DNA of 64,000 nucleotides, from the NCBI GenBank assembly GCA_015065135.1, contig SVQY01000003.1, positions 12,667 to 76,666 on the forward strand. Reading direction: 5' to 3'. The notes below the pieces were generated by a model. The model saw only the letters and a list, made by a program, of their open reading frames with translations. It was not told the DNA's origin and made no database searches. The first letter of the stretch is position 1. Each line of letters starts with the position of its first letter. Below are positions 36,701-44,834 of the stretch, one piece after another. This stretch comes from Oscillospiraceae bacterium. GTDB taxonomy: Bacteria > Bacillota > Clostridia > Oscillospirales > CAG-272. The position numbers and the translations under genes are program-made.

Positions 36701-37804
36701 ACCGCCTCCTTCTACGGCAAGCTTGCCGTGCTGCCCGTGAACGTGAGCACCGCCTCTGCAAACGAGATCGAGGAGCTTTATGAGATCGCGCAGAGCAATG
36801 CGCGTCTGGAGGAGCTGATCAAGGATCACACCTCCGTGGGCACGACCTGGCATCACGGTAACGGCGCTCCCGATCTGGAGGCAGCCATCGGCGATCTGTA
36901 TCTGGATCTGAACGCAGGAGACGTTTACAAGTACGTTATCTCCGATAACGCCCTTGCTTGGGAGCTGATCGGCAATATCAAGGGTGAGGACGGTAAGGAC
37001 GGCGCCGCAGGCACGATCGACAGCGTGCTCAGCATCGGCGCCAACGGCAACTGGTTTATCAACGGCGAGGATACCGGCGTGAAGGCGCAGGGCGACAAGG
37101 GCGATAAGGGTGACAAGGGAGACCAAGGCGCTCCCGGTGCCGATGCCGTAGCCCCCACCGTAGAGATCAGGGACGGCTACTGGTACATCAACGGCGTGAA
37201 CACCAATGTGAAGGCCGAGGGTGTCGACGGTGAGGACGGCGCGGATGCCGTAGCTCCTACCGTGGAGATCAGAGACGGCTACTGGTACATCAACGGTGTG
37301 AACACCAATGTCAAGGCAGAGGGCGTTGACGGTGAGGACGGCGCCGATGCTGTAGCTCCCACCGTGGAGATCAGAGACGGCTACTGGTACATCAACGGTG
37401 TGAACACCAATGTCAAGGCAGAGGGTATTGACGGCGAGGACGGTGCAGACGGCACAGACGGCGCCCCCGGCGCTCCCGGTGCAGATGGCGCAGACGGTGA
37501 ACCCGGTGAGAAGGGCGAGGCAGGTGCCAACGGTACCAACGGCGCCGATGGCAAGACTCCCGAGCTGCGTATCAACGACGGTCAGTGGGAGGTCTCCTAT
37601 GACGGCGGCAGCACCTGGACTGCGCTTGGCAGCGTTGCCGATAGCAATAACGGCGAGCTGAACAGCAATGGCAGCAGCAACGGCTCCGCTACCGAGAGCA
37701 AGGGCGGCAACGGCCTTGCCGTTACGGCCATCGTGCTCTCCGTTGTGCTGGCAGCAGCCAACGTAGCGCTGGTCGTGGTCATGACCAAAAAGAAGAAAGC
37801 ATAA
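33716..37804 (+). CDS. very large cell-surface protein: signal peptide, LamG-like domain, calcineurin-like metallophosphoesterase, GLUG-motif region, collagen-like GXY tracts with three 34-aa repeats, C-terminal TM anchor
   Basis: MKKVLAISLSLCMLLPLFALLPVFA signal. TVEAWIWVDP...LamG-like. FAIVGDIQY / GMGDVTNNN / NGNHD phosphoesterase motifs. Repeated GGIVG/GGIAG (GLUG-like). GDKGDKGDKGDQGAPGADA and GEDGADGTDGAPGAPGADGADGEPGEKGEAGANGTNGADG collagen-like tracts. C-terminal LAVTAIVLSVVLAAANVALVVVMTKKKKA. Start at ATG 33716 behind AAAGGAG. Confidence 0.75.
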   Translation: MKKVLAISLSLCMLLPLFALLPVFAATPAEGFDFTGGDKWYYMDGTLPDAPRTVEAWIWVDPANATKTRTIISNYNGFTSIPYWHLAVKYTEADGLYPYFEWNELSNNSTSVRKFNFTKTKIEPSVWTHITVVIDAENNCCHCYKDGAYVQSNNAGIQLGDITRNVTELPLVIGNDCRPDLPDARVFGGKIASISIFNDVRTAAEIQSDFANGANYNDANAIAHWELPANGGAVTDKSGKSAGLTLSKYWLTEAEMQAIRGNDFNPAYSFAIVGDIQYMTEWQAENGGTAHVANLHKWIADNIASKNIKFMAGMGDVTNNNTAAEWQIAYEAIKQLNGKIPYSVINGNHDLYTGDGKVGPNGINSYFGADEAYMSQFAGENGGLYEEGSARNTYTKFTVGSTKWLFINLDYSPTDDILAWANRVVADHPDHKVVMTTHGYMHMDGTPLSHEDSSSMSYNSGEEMWTKFVSLHENIVMVLSGHMECNLLQMKQAKGVHGNTVTQFLIDQQTIDLALMNKGQLPLGLVAMFYFDEDGENVSVEWYSTTYDKYFQTRNQFSFNMNAESEEQIFPWDGLAVAPKGAGTESNPYIVENGGNLLWMANQIQQIDLSAGGTPSFENAYFKQVCDIDLDGLVIKSIGYYHTSQGNINKVAAFAGHYDGGGYSIKNGRVIPSGTSHESNINWCDGLFGCIYGATIENVTLDNVTIWSRGVTGGIVGRATAPRNTSPSSDFNVISNCHIKSNCRIVSTWQLDQRYKPGYDGAENKLLPEGALDYNTRYRAGIVGGICGMAYATIIKGCTNAVEFTLDNTHTLAGGIAGTAGYNTVIESCAFTGGMTLTGTEPMVGTTVIDATFGGIVGLLSPNMETNTMGDKDNFIGSLTVRNCYNSGYFIYTGADMPDGMEMHWGGILGHATKLATLDANRTYLIENCYNVYEKAVEPALADNANYWIGGIVGKANVGDYHFWESLNVKNCASVAVAARGGDAAASTNEYRMPGTASFYGKLAVLPVNVSTASANEIEELYEIAQSNARLEELIKDHTSVGTTWHHGNGAPDLEAAIGDLYLDLNAGDVYKYVISDNALAWELIGNIKGEDGKDGAAGTIDSVLSIGANGNWFINGEDTGVKAQGDKGDKGDKGDQGAPGADAVAPTVEIRDGYWYINGVNTNVKAEGVDGEDGADAVAPTVEIRDGYWYINGVNTNVKAEGVDGEDGADAVAPTVEIRDGYWYINGVNTNVKAEGIDGEDGADGTDGAPGAPGADGADGEPGEKGEAGANGTNGADGKTPELRINDGQWEVSYDGGSTWTALGSVADSNNGELNSNGSSNGSATESKGGNGLAVTAIVLSVVLAAANVALVVVMTKKKKA
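37136..37441 (+). repeat. three tandem 102-bp coding repeats (34-aa unit GADAVAPTVEIRDGYWYINGVNTNVKAEGVDGED)
   Basis: Units start at 37136, 37238 and 37340. The amino-acid sequence is almost identical while the DNA differs at several synonymous sites. Confidence 0.9.
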
Positions 37805-37814
37805 CACATAAAAA

Positions 37815-37848
37815 AGTGCCGAAACGGTATCCGTTTCGGCACTTTTTG
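37815..37848 (+). terminator. intrinsic terminator of the surface-protein gene
   Basis: AGTGCCGAAACGG-tat-CCGTTTCGGCACT followed by TTTT. Confidence 0.85.
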
Positions 37849-38068
37849 GCATTTCGCCCTTCAAAATTTGTCGGGATGCTTGCTTCCGCGGTGCCGTTGA
37901 CGAATCCCCGCTCTTTAACGATGCGTTGACCGCCGCGGAGATCGCGTGGCTTTTCGCCTATTACGTGCGATAAGTGCAAATTCAAAAAAATTGCAAAAAC
38001 CTCTTTTCATAAAGCATATTTTATGATAAAATATAGGATATTCAGCCCAAAGAGGTATTTGTGATCCC

Positions 38069-38106
38069 AAAGGGGCTGTCGCCGTTACGGCGATAGCCCC
38101 TTTCTT
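38069..38106 (+). promoter_or_regulatory. terminator-like hairpin inside the nfnAB leader (possible attenuator)
   Basis: 13-bp stem GGGGCTGTCGCCG-tta-CGGCGATAGCCCC followed by TTTCTT. It ends 16 nt before the nfnA ATG. Candidate promoter TTTTCA-17-TAAAAT (TGa extended -10) at 38004-38032. Confidence 0.45.
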
Positions 38107-38122
38107 GAAAAGAGGAAAAGCT

Positions 38123-38965
38123 ATGTTTGAAATCGTCAGAAGAGAAAGACTGAATCCCACGGTGACCCTGATGGAGATCCTTGCCCCCCGCGTAGCGCGC
38201 AAGGCGGAGCCGGGGCAGTTCATCATCCTGCGCACCGATGAGGAGGGTGAGCGAATTCCGTTAACGGTTGCGGATTTTGACCGCGAAAAGGGCACTGTGA
38301 CCGTGATCTTTCAGGTGGTGGGCGGCACCACCGAGAAGCTGAACCACAAGCAGGTGGGGGACTGCCTGCAGGATTTTGTGGGCCCCCTTGGCAGAGCCAC
38401 GCATACGGAGGGGCTGCGCAAGGTCGCCGTGGTGGGCGGCGGTGTCGGCTGCGCCATCGCGTTCCCCGTTGCCAAAAAGCTGCACGAGCTGGGCTGTGAG
38501 GTCCATGCCATCGTGGGCTTCCGCAACAAGGATCTGGTCATTCTGGAAAAGGAGTTTGAGGCAAACAGCAGCCGCCTCATCCGCATGAGCGACGACGGCT
38601 CCTTTGGCGAAAAGGGCCTGGTAACAGATGCCCTGAGGGCGCTGATCGAGAGCGGCGAGCAGTACGACGAGGTCATCACCATCGGTCCTCTGATCATGAT
38701 GAAGTTCGTCTGCCAGCTGGCAACGCAGTACGGCATCAAAAGTGTGGCATCCATGAACCCCGTGATGATCGACGGCACCGGTATGTGCGGCGGCTGTCGA
38801 CTGACGGTGGGGGGCAAGACGGTGTTTGCCTGCGTGGACGGCCCTGAGTTTGACGGCGCACAGATCGATTTTGATGAGGCCATCTCCAGGAGCTCGGTCT
38901 ATCGCGATTTTGAACGGCACAGCTATGAGGAGACCTGCAATCTGTTTGCAAAAGAGGTAAAATAA
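38123..38965 (+). CDS. nfnA: sulfide/dihydroorotate dehydrogenase-like FAD/NAD-binding protein (NfnA-type ferredoxin-NADP+ reductase subunit)
   Basis: MFEIV..ERLNP....MEI.AP..A.KA.PGQFIILR..E.GERIPLT..D, plus a C-terminal 2Fe-2S Cys cluster (GTGMCGGCR...ACVDGPEF). 280 aa. Pairs with the GltD-like gene. Confidence 0.8.
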   Translation: MFEIVRRERLNPTVTLMEILAPRVARKAEPGQFIILRTDEEGERIPLTVADFDREKGTVTVIFQVVGGTTEKLNHKQVGDCLQDFVGPLGRATHTEGLRKVAVVGGGVGCAIAFPVAKKLHELGCEVHAIVGFRNKDLVILEKEFEANSSRLIRMSDDGSFGEKGLVTDALRALIESGEQYDEVITIGPLIMMKFVCQLATQYGIKSVASMNPVMIDGTGMCGGCRLTVGGKTVFACVDGPEFDGAQIDFDEAISRSSVYRDFERHSYEETCNLFAKEVK

Positions 38966-38966
38966 A

Positions 38967-40382
38967 ATGGCAAATATGTCCTTGAAAAAGAACCCCATGC
39001 CCGCCCAGGCACCCGAGGTACGCAACCGCAATTTTGATGAGGTGGCATTGGGCTATACCGCCGAGCAGGCGGTGGATGAGGCAAAGCGCTGCCTTGCCTG
39101 CAAGCACAAGCCCTGCGTTGGGGGCTGCCCCGTAAAGATCCATATCCCTGCCTTTATCGCCAAGGTGGCCGAGGGGGATTTTGCGGGCGCTTACGAGATC
39201 ATTGCCGAGGCCTCCGCCTTGCCTGCAGTCTGCGGTCGCGTTTGCCCCCAGGAGAACCAATGCGAGGGCGTTTGCGTGCGCGGCATCAAGGGTGAGCCCG
39301 TTGCCATCGGACGTCTGGAGCGCTTTGTGGCCGACTGGCATAACGCCCATGCGGACATCAAAAACGCGACCCGTCCCGCCCCTAACGGTCACAAGGTCGC
39401 TGTGATCGGCTCCGGCCCCTCGGGGCTGACCTGTGCCGGCGATCTTGCCAAAAAGGGCTATACGGTCACGGTTTTTGAGGCATTGCACCTGGCGGGCGGC
39501 GTGCTGGTCTACGGCATTCCCGAGTTTCGCTTGCCCAAGGCGATCGTGCAACGGGAGATCGAGGGCTTGAAGGCGCTGGGCGTGGAGATCGAGACCAACA
39601 CCGTTGTGGGCAAGACGGTCTCGGTGGAGGAGCTGATGACGGAATACGGCTTTGAGGCAGTGTTCATCGGCTCGGGCGCAGGCCTGCCCAAATTTATGGG
39701 CATTCCCGGGGAAAACCTGAAGGGCGTTTATTCGGCCAACGAGTTTCTGACCCGTATCAATCTGATGAAGGCCTATCGCGACGGCAGCGCCACTCCCATC
39801 CAGCACGCGCAGCGCGTGGCGGTGGTGGGCGGCGGCAATGTGGCCATGGATGCCGCCAGATGCGCCAAGCGACTTGGCGCGGAGGTCTATATCGTTTACC
39901 GCCGCGGCATGGAGGAGCTTCCCGCCCGTCACGAGGAGGTGGAGCACGCTATGGAGGAGGGCATCGTCTTCAAGACCTTGACCAATCCCACCGAAATTCT
40001 CGGCTATAGCAATGCGGAGGATCGCCGTGATCCGAAAAACGGCTGTGTCGTGGGTATGAAATGCGTGGAAATGGAGCTGGGCGAGCCGGATGCATCGGGT
40101 CGCCGCAGACCTGTTGTCAAGGAGGGAAGCGAGTTTACCCTGGATGTGGACTGCGTGATCATGGCGCTGGGCACCTCGCCAAATCCCTTGATCAAATCCA
40201 CCACCGAGGGGCTGGAGACTGCCAAGTGGGGCGGCATCATTGCCGACGAGCAGGGCAGGACCTCCAAAAAGGGCGTATACGCGGGCGGTGATGCCGTCAC
40301 CGGTGCCGCTACCGTGATCCTGGCTATGGGCGCGGGCAAAGCCGCCGCTGCCGCCATTGACGAGGATCTGCAGGAGAAGTAA
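38967..40382 (+). CDS. nfnB: NADPH-dependent glutamate synthase small-subunit-like oxidoreductase (NfnB type)
   Basis: RC..C....C...CPV.I.IP..I, CGRVCPQE.QCE Fe-S motifs, two Rossmann GxGxxG (VIGSGPSGL; VVGGGNVAMD), GD..TG. 471 aa. Confidence 0.8.
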   Translation: MANMSLKKNPMPAQAPEVRNRNFDEVALGYTAEQAVDEAKRCLACKHKPCVGGCPVKIHIPAFIAKVAEGDFAGAYEIIAEASALPAVCGRVCPQENQCEGVCVRGIKGEPVAIGRLERFVADWHNAHADIKNATRPAPNGHKVAVIGSGPSGLTCAGDLAKKGYTVTVFEALHLAGGVLVYGIPEFRLPKAIVQREIEGLKALGVEIETNTVVGKTVSVEELMTEYGFEAVFIGSGAGLPKFMGIPGENLKGVYSANEFLTRINLMKAYRDGSATPIQHAQRVAVVGGGNVAMDAARCAKRLGAEVYIVYRRGMEELPARHEEVEHAMEEGIVFKTLTNPTEILGYSNAEDRRDPKNGCVVGMKCVEMELGEPDASGRRRPVVKEGSEFTLDVDCVIMALGTSPNPLIKSTTEGLETAKWGGIIADEQGRTSKKGVYAGGDAVTGAATVILAMGAGKAAAAAIDEDLQEK

Positions 40383-40390
40383 TACGAGAA

Positions 40391-40436
40391 GAAGGAGACC
40401 CCCTTTTACAAAAGGTGGTCTCCTTCTCTTTGTTTT
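40391..40436 (+). terminator. intrinsic terminator after nfnB
   Basis: GAAGGAGACC...GGTCTCCTTC hairpin followed by TCTTTGTTTT. Confidence 0.7.
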
Positions 40437-40561
40437 CGCCCTTGCGAAAACAAATTCACAACCGCTACCGAAAACCTTTGAAGAAAATATATTTTTCTTG
40501 ACATGGCAGAAGTCATCGTGTTACAATAAAGGCGAAAACTCATACCGTCAGGGGGGATTTT

Positions 40562-41878
40562 ATGGAAATCAAGCTATATCCGATGGGCGGAGATATGACC
40601 GCCGCGATCCAGAAGGCCATTGACGATTGCTTTTTGGCGGGTGGCGGCAAGATCACCCTTGCCGAGGGGATCTATCCCGTCGGCGGCTTGCGATTGCGCT
40701 CGGGCTGCACCCTCTATCTTTGCAGCGGGGCCGTACTGAAGGGCAGCCGCGTGCCTGCGGATTATGCCATTCTGGAAAGAGATACGTTGGAGCCGATACC
40801 GGCGTCCTATCGTACCGACGCCCTTTGGGGGCCTGCCCGTACCCGCAAGACACACGATCACATCCTGAAGGTGGGCAGCAGCTGGAATAATGCCATGATC
40901 CGCATTCTGGATGCCACCGACGTGGCGGTGATCGGCGAGCCCGGCTCTGTGATCGACGGATCGAATTGCTATGACGAAACGGGGGAGGAGCATTTCCGCG
41001 GCCCCCACGGCATCAGCTGTCACTTTTGCAGCCGTCTGACCTTTGGCGGCTACACGATCCGCAACACGGGCAACTGGGCACACCTGTGCTTTGCCTCCCG
41101 CGATATTTCCTTTTCCGATTTGACTATCGAGGGTGGCCACGACGGCGTTCACGTATTCTCCTGCGATCACGTAACCATCCGCGATTGCCGTATGCACACG
41201 GGGGATGACTGCGTGGCGGGCTTTGATAATATAGATGTGACCGTACAGCGCTGCGAGCTGAACACTGCCTGCTCTGCTTTCCGCTTCGGGGGCACCGACG
41301 TGCTGATCGAGGATTGCCATATGTACGGCCCTGCAAAATATTTCTTCCGTGCCAGCCTTTCCCTGGAGGATAAGATCTCGGGCAATCCCGCCCCCACCGG
41401 CGGACGAAATACCATGCTTGCCATGTTCACCTATTACGCTGATTTCACCCTGAACGTGCGCCATGCGCCGAGAAATATCCGTATGCGCAACTGTACCTTG
41501 GAGAACGCTATGCGCTTTGTGCTGTACGATTTTTCGGGCGCGCAGGTGTGGCAGATGGGCAAGCCCTTGGAGGAGATCACCTTTGAAAACGTGACGGCGA
41601 AAAACGTGGATATGCCGATGGATCTGTACGGCGATGCGCAAAAAAAGCATACCGTATCCTTAAAAAACTGCAAGATCGCCTTCACGGGCGAGGTGCCCTG
41701 CGCCATTCGAGCCGCGCATTTCGAGCGGCTTGCTTTGGACACGGTGGATTTTATCAACGTGAACGGCCCGCTGGTGCGCTCCTATGGGGATAGCGGCGAA
41801 ATCGCTGCCAAAGGCGTTACGGGCGTGAACGGGCTGCTGACCGAAACCGACGAGCCCTATCTGTCCAAAAGCATATAA
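40562..41878 (+). CDS. right-handed beta-helix glycoside hydrolase-like protein (GH28/pectate-lyase-3-like)
   Basis: N-terminal AIQKAIDDC...GGGKITL.EGIYPVGGLRLRSGCTLYL (pectate_lyase_3-like) and repeated beta-helix rungs (IRNTGNWAHL, IEGGHDGVHV, IRDCRMHTGDDCVAG). Promoter TTGACA-18-TACAAT upstream. Confidence 0.6.
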   Translation: MEIKLYPMGGDMTAAIQKAIDDCFLAGGGKITLAEGIYPVGGLRLRSGCTLYLCSGAVLKGSRVPADYAILERDTLEPIPASYRTDALWGPARTRKTHDHILKVGSSWNNAMIRILDATDVAVIGEPGSVIDGSNCYDETGEEHFRGPHGISCHFCSRLTFGGYTIRNTGNWAHLCFASRDISFSDLTIEGGHDGVHVFSCDHVTIRDCRMHTGDDCVAGFDNIDVTVQRCELNTACSAFRFGGTDVLIEDCHMYGPAKYFFRASLSLEDKISGNPAPTGGRNTMLAMFTYYADFTLNVRHAPRNIRMRNCTLENAMRFVLYDFSGAQVWQMGKPLEEITFENVTAKNVDMPMDLYGDAQKKHTVSLKNCKIAFTGEVPCAIRAAHFERLALDTVDFINVNGPLVRSYGDSGEIAAKGVTGVNGLLTETDEPYLSKSI

Positions 41879-41883
41879 CAAAA

Positions 41884-41911
41884 AGCCGACCGCAGCGCGG
41901 TCGGCTTTTTG
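41884..41911. terminator. bidirectional intrinsic terminator
   Basis: AGCCGACCGC-agc-GCGGTCGGCT flanked by an A-run and a T-run. Confidence 0.85.
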
Positions 41912-41912
41912 G

Positions 41913-42983
41913 TTAAAACTTGTATTTTTTGCGATTTTCCGCCAGGATGCGGTCCCGCTCCATGGCGCGGATGCGGCGCATGCCCTCCACCGTGGCGTTC
42001 CAGGTGCGCAACGGCACCTCGGCACCGTAGGTGTTGGATTCGCTGCCCATATAGCCCCAGGCAAGAATGGTGCGCGCACCGGCGTCGTAGGCTGCCTCGC
42101 AGGCCTCCACGATCTCCTCCTCGCGTCCTCTCGGGGTCTTGTAGGTCTGGATCCAGACGTTGTGCTCCTTTTTGTACTGTGTGGCGATCTCCACGCATTT
42201 TTTACTGCCCTTGTAAACGTACTCATAGGGAGAAACGCCCTCGTGACCCAGCCAATAGGGGTCAGCGCCCACGTTATCCAGATGCGGCAGGCTACACATA
42301 CCGTCCAGAGAGCTCAGATCCAAGCCGTGATTGGGGTTCAGCATAACGCACATGACGTTTTTCAGCCCGAGGGATGCTGCATAATCGCTCATCTCGCCAA
42401 AATAGTCCAGCAGAACATCGGTGCGGAAGCGGCTGACATCCTCGTCAAATTCCTTCTCGACCATAAAGGTGGGGAAGGGGCGGTTATAGCGCTCCTCGAA
42501 CAGCTTTTGGCAACGGGGGCAGCAGCAGCAATAGAAGAGCTTCTTTCGGTCGTCGGCGCTCCGCTTGTAGGGGTAGTGGGGCTCATCCCAGAAGATGGTC
42601 TTGGCGCCAAGCTCGGCCACCGTGTCGATCCAATCCCGCACGAATTTGCGGTAATCGGGGGAGTTGAGGCAGACCTGGGTGGGGTGCATTTCACCGTTGC
42701 TGTAGTACATATGCGCATCCGGATGGAAGGCAAGAAAATGCGAGCAATCTCCGGGGGCACCGCCAAGTCCCCAGTTGTCCACCCAGACCTCCAGGCCCGC
42801 ATCCTCGGTGATGGCGAAAATATCCTTCATCACCCGCTTGTGCCGCGTCCAGTCGGTGTGGGAGAGCATATGTACGACGATGTCCATATCCGCCCTGGCG
42901 ATCTCCGCCATATCGGTGCGGACGTGGGTGGGCATACGGTTGCCGTGATAGGCAACGCCGGTCAGCAATGATCTTTTCGGCAT
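41913..42983 (-). CDS. hypothetical protein, possibly a TIM-barrel glycosidase-like enzyme with a CCCCPRC cysteine cluster
   Basis: 356 aa with strong RBS AAAGGAGGA before ATG 42983. Alternating beta/alpha pattern and WDEPHYP, FYCCCCPRCQ motifs. No family recognised with confidence. Confidence 0.35.
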   Translation of the reverse strand: MPKRSLLTGVAYHGNRMPTHVRTDMAEIARADMDIVVHMLSHTDWTRHKRVMKDIFAITEDAGLEVWVDNWGLGGAPGDCSHFLAFHPDAHMYYSNGEMHPTQVCLNSPDYRKFVRDWIDTVAELGAKTIFWDEPHYPYKRSADDRKKLFYCCCCPRCQKLFEERYNRPFPTFMVEKEFDEDVSRFRTDVLLDYFGEMSDYAASLGLKNVMCVMLNPNHGLDLSSLDGMCSLPHLDNVGADPYWLGHEGVSPYEYVYKGSKKCVEIATQYKKEHNVWIQTYKTPRGREEEIVEACEAAYDAGARTILAWGYMGSESNTYGAEVPLRTWNATVEGMRRIRAMERDRILAENRKKYKF

Positions 42984-43167
42984 AGAGGAATCCTCCTTTT
43001 GCAAGCTGCATATTCGCTATTTTTATTATACTGCTTTTCTCATACTGTGTCAAGGAAACCTTTCAATGACTTTCGGTGCAAATATTTTTTTGCCCCCTCT
43101 TGCAAAATTTTCTGATATGCGGTAAAATATATAAGTTAAGTCAAAATTCAGTATAAAGGAATATATC

Positions 43168-44763
43168 ATGGACGAAAGAACGAGAAAAGAGATCGAGCGG
43201 CGCCGCACCTTTGCGATCATTTCGCACCCCGACGCCGGTAAGACCACCCTCACCGAAAAGCTCCTGCTTTACGGCGGTGCCATTCAGTCCGCAGGCTCGG
43301 TCAAGGGCAAGCAGAGCGACAAGCACGCTGTTTCCGACTGGATGGAGCTGGAAAAGCAGCGCGGCATTTCCGTCACCTCCTCGGTGATGCAGTTCCGCTA
43401 TAACGACTATTGCATCAATATTCTGGACACTCCCGGACATCAGGACTTTTCGGAGGACACCTACCGCACCCTGATGGCAGCGGACAGCGCGGTGATGGTC
43501 ATTGACGCCGCAAAGGGCATCGAGCCGCAGACCAGAAAGCTGTTCCGTGTCTGCGCCAAGCGCGGCATTCCGATCTTTACCTTTATCAACAAGCTGGACC
43601 GGGAGGCAAGAGATCCCTTTGACCTTTTGGACGAGCTGGAGCGCGAGTTCGGTATCGGCACCTATCCCATGAACTGGCCCATCAGCTGCGGTGTCACCTT
43701 CAAGGGCGTATACGACCGCCGCGCCAAGGCCATCCATACCTTTGACAACTTCCACGGTGGTCGCAATAAGCTCAACGTCATCGAGTGCGACATCAATGAT
43801 ACCGAAAAGCTGGATTCGCTCATCGGCGAGAACCTGCGCGAGGAGCTTTGCGAGCAGGTGGAGCTGCTGGACGGTGCCAGCTTTGACTTCGATCTGGATG
43901 CCATTTCCCGCGGCAAGCTCTCTCCCGTCTATTTTGGCTCCGCGCTGAACAACTTTGGCGTAGAGGATTTCCTGGAGGGATTTCTGGAGATGACCTCCGC
44001 CCCGCTCTCGCGTGTGTCGGGGGAGGAAACGGTCAGCCCCTTTGACGAGGGCTTTTCCGCCTTTGTGTTCAAGATTCAGGCGAACATGAACAAGGCACAC
44101 CGTGACCGTATCGCGTTTTTGCGTATCGTGTCGGGAAAATTTGAACGCGGTACCGAATATTTTCACATGCAGGGCAAGCGCCCCGTCAAGCTCTCTCAGC
44201 CCCAGCAGATGATGGCACAGGAGCGCGAGGGCGTGGAGGAGGCCTTTGCCGGCGATATCATCGGCGTGTTCGATCCCGGCATTTTCAACATTGGTGACAC
44301 GGTCTGCGCCAAGAACAAAAAGGTGACCTTTGAGGGCATCCCCACCTTCGCTCCCGAGCATTTTGCCATGGTAGAGCAGATCGACTCCATGAAGCGCAAG
44401 CAGTTTGCCAAGGGCATGGATCAGATCGCCAAGGAGGGCGCCATCCGCATCTTCTTTGAGCCGGAGGGCGGCTTTGAGCGGGTGACCGTAGGCGTCATCG
44501 GTACGCTGCAGTACGATGTGCTGAAATTTCGTATGGAGTCCGAGTACGGTGTAAAATACCTGCATCGCGACCTTCCGTTCCAGTTCATCCAGCGCGTGGC
44601 AAACGAGGATATCAATATCGGTGCTCTGAACCTGGCCTCCGACACCAAGGTGGTCAAGGACGTGTTTGACCGTTACTATCTGCTCTTTACCGGTCAGTGG
44701 AGCATGAAGTGGGCGACCGACAACAACCCCGGACTTGTTCTGGAGGATTTCGACCATATTTAA
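43168..44763 (+). CDS. prfC: peptide chain release factor 3
   Basis: RRTFAIISHPDAGKTTLTEKLLL.GGAI..AG.VK......SDWME.E..RGISV.SSV..F......INILDTPGH.DFSEDTYR: translational GTPase with RF3-specific N-terminus. 531 aa. Confidence 0.9.
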   Translation: MDERTRKEIERRRTFAIISHPDAGKTTLTEKLLLYGGAIQSAGSVKGKQSDKHAVSDWMELEKQRGISVTSSVMQFRYNDYCINILDTPGHQDFSEDTYRTLMAADSAVMVIDAAKGIEPQTRKLFRVCAKRGIPIFTFINKLDREARDPFDLLDELEREFGIGTYPMNWPISCGVTFKGVYDRRAKAIHTFDNFHGGRNKLNVIECDINDTEKLDSLIGENLREELCEQVELLDGASFDFDLDAISRGKLSPVYFGSALNNFGVEDFLEGFLEMTSAPLSRVSGEETVSPFDEGFSAFVFKIQANMNKAHRDRIAFLRIVSGKFERGTEYFHMQGKRPVKLSQPQQMMAQEREGVEEAFAGDIIGVFDPGIFNIGDTVCAKNKKVTFEGIPTFAPEHFAMVEQIDSMKRKQFAKGMDQIAKEGAIRIFFEPEGGFERVTVGVIGTLQYDVLKFRMESEYGVKYLHRDLPFQFIQRVANEDINIGALNLASDTKVVKDVFDRYYLLFTGQWSMKWATDNNPGLVLEDFDHI

Positions 44764-44769
44764 CGCGCA

Positions 44770-44800
44770 GGCGCCGTTTGTTGACAAACGGCGCCTTTCG
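44770..44800 (+). terminator. intrinsic terminator after prfC (overlaps the promoter of the next gene)
   Basis: GGCGCCGTTTG-ttgac-AAACGGCGCC followed by TTTCGTGTT. The loop/3-prime arm contains TTGACA (44781-44786), then 17 nt, then TATAAT (44804-44809). Confidence 0.6.
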
Positions 44801-44834
44801 TGTTATAATAGCTTTAGTATGCGCAGGAAAGGAG

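Noticed and set aside
37136-37441. Possible CRISPR array or other non-coding repeat array
   Set aside because: The repeats are contiguous 102-bp in-frame coding units with no spacers, inside a long ORF. No CRISPR-like repeat-spacer structure or cas genes occur anywhere in the window.
33686-37864. 1392-aa ORF on the minus strand, antisense to the surface-protein gene
   Set aside because: This is a shadow ORF typical of high-G+C coding DNA. It has no RBS or start context and an Arg/Gly/Ala/His-rich low-complexity composition. The plus-strand ORF has a signal peptide, recognisable domains and a terminator.
44697-44834. N-terminal extension of the WG-repeat ORF overlapping the end of prfC
   Set aside because: The extension overlaps prfC and its terminator/promoter region. 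The zinc-ribbon protein starts convincingly at ATG 44835/44844 after AGGAAAGGAG.
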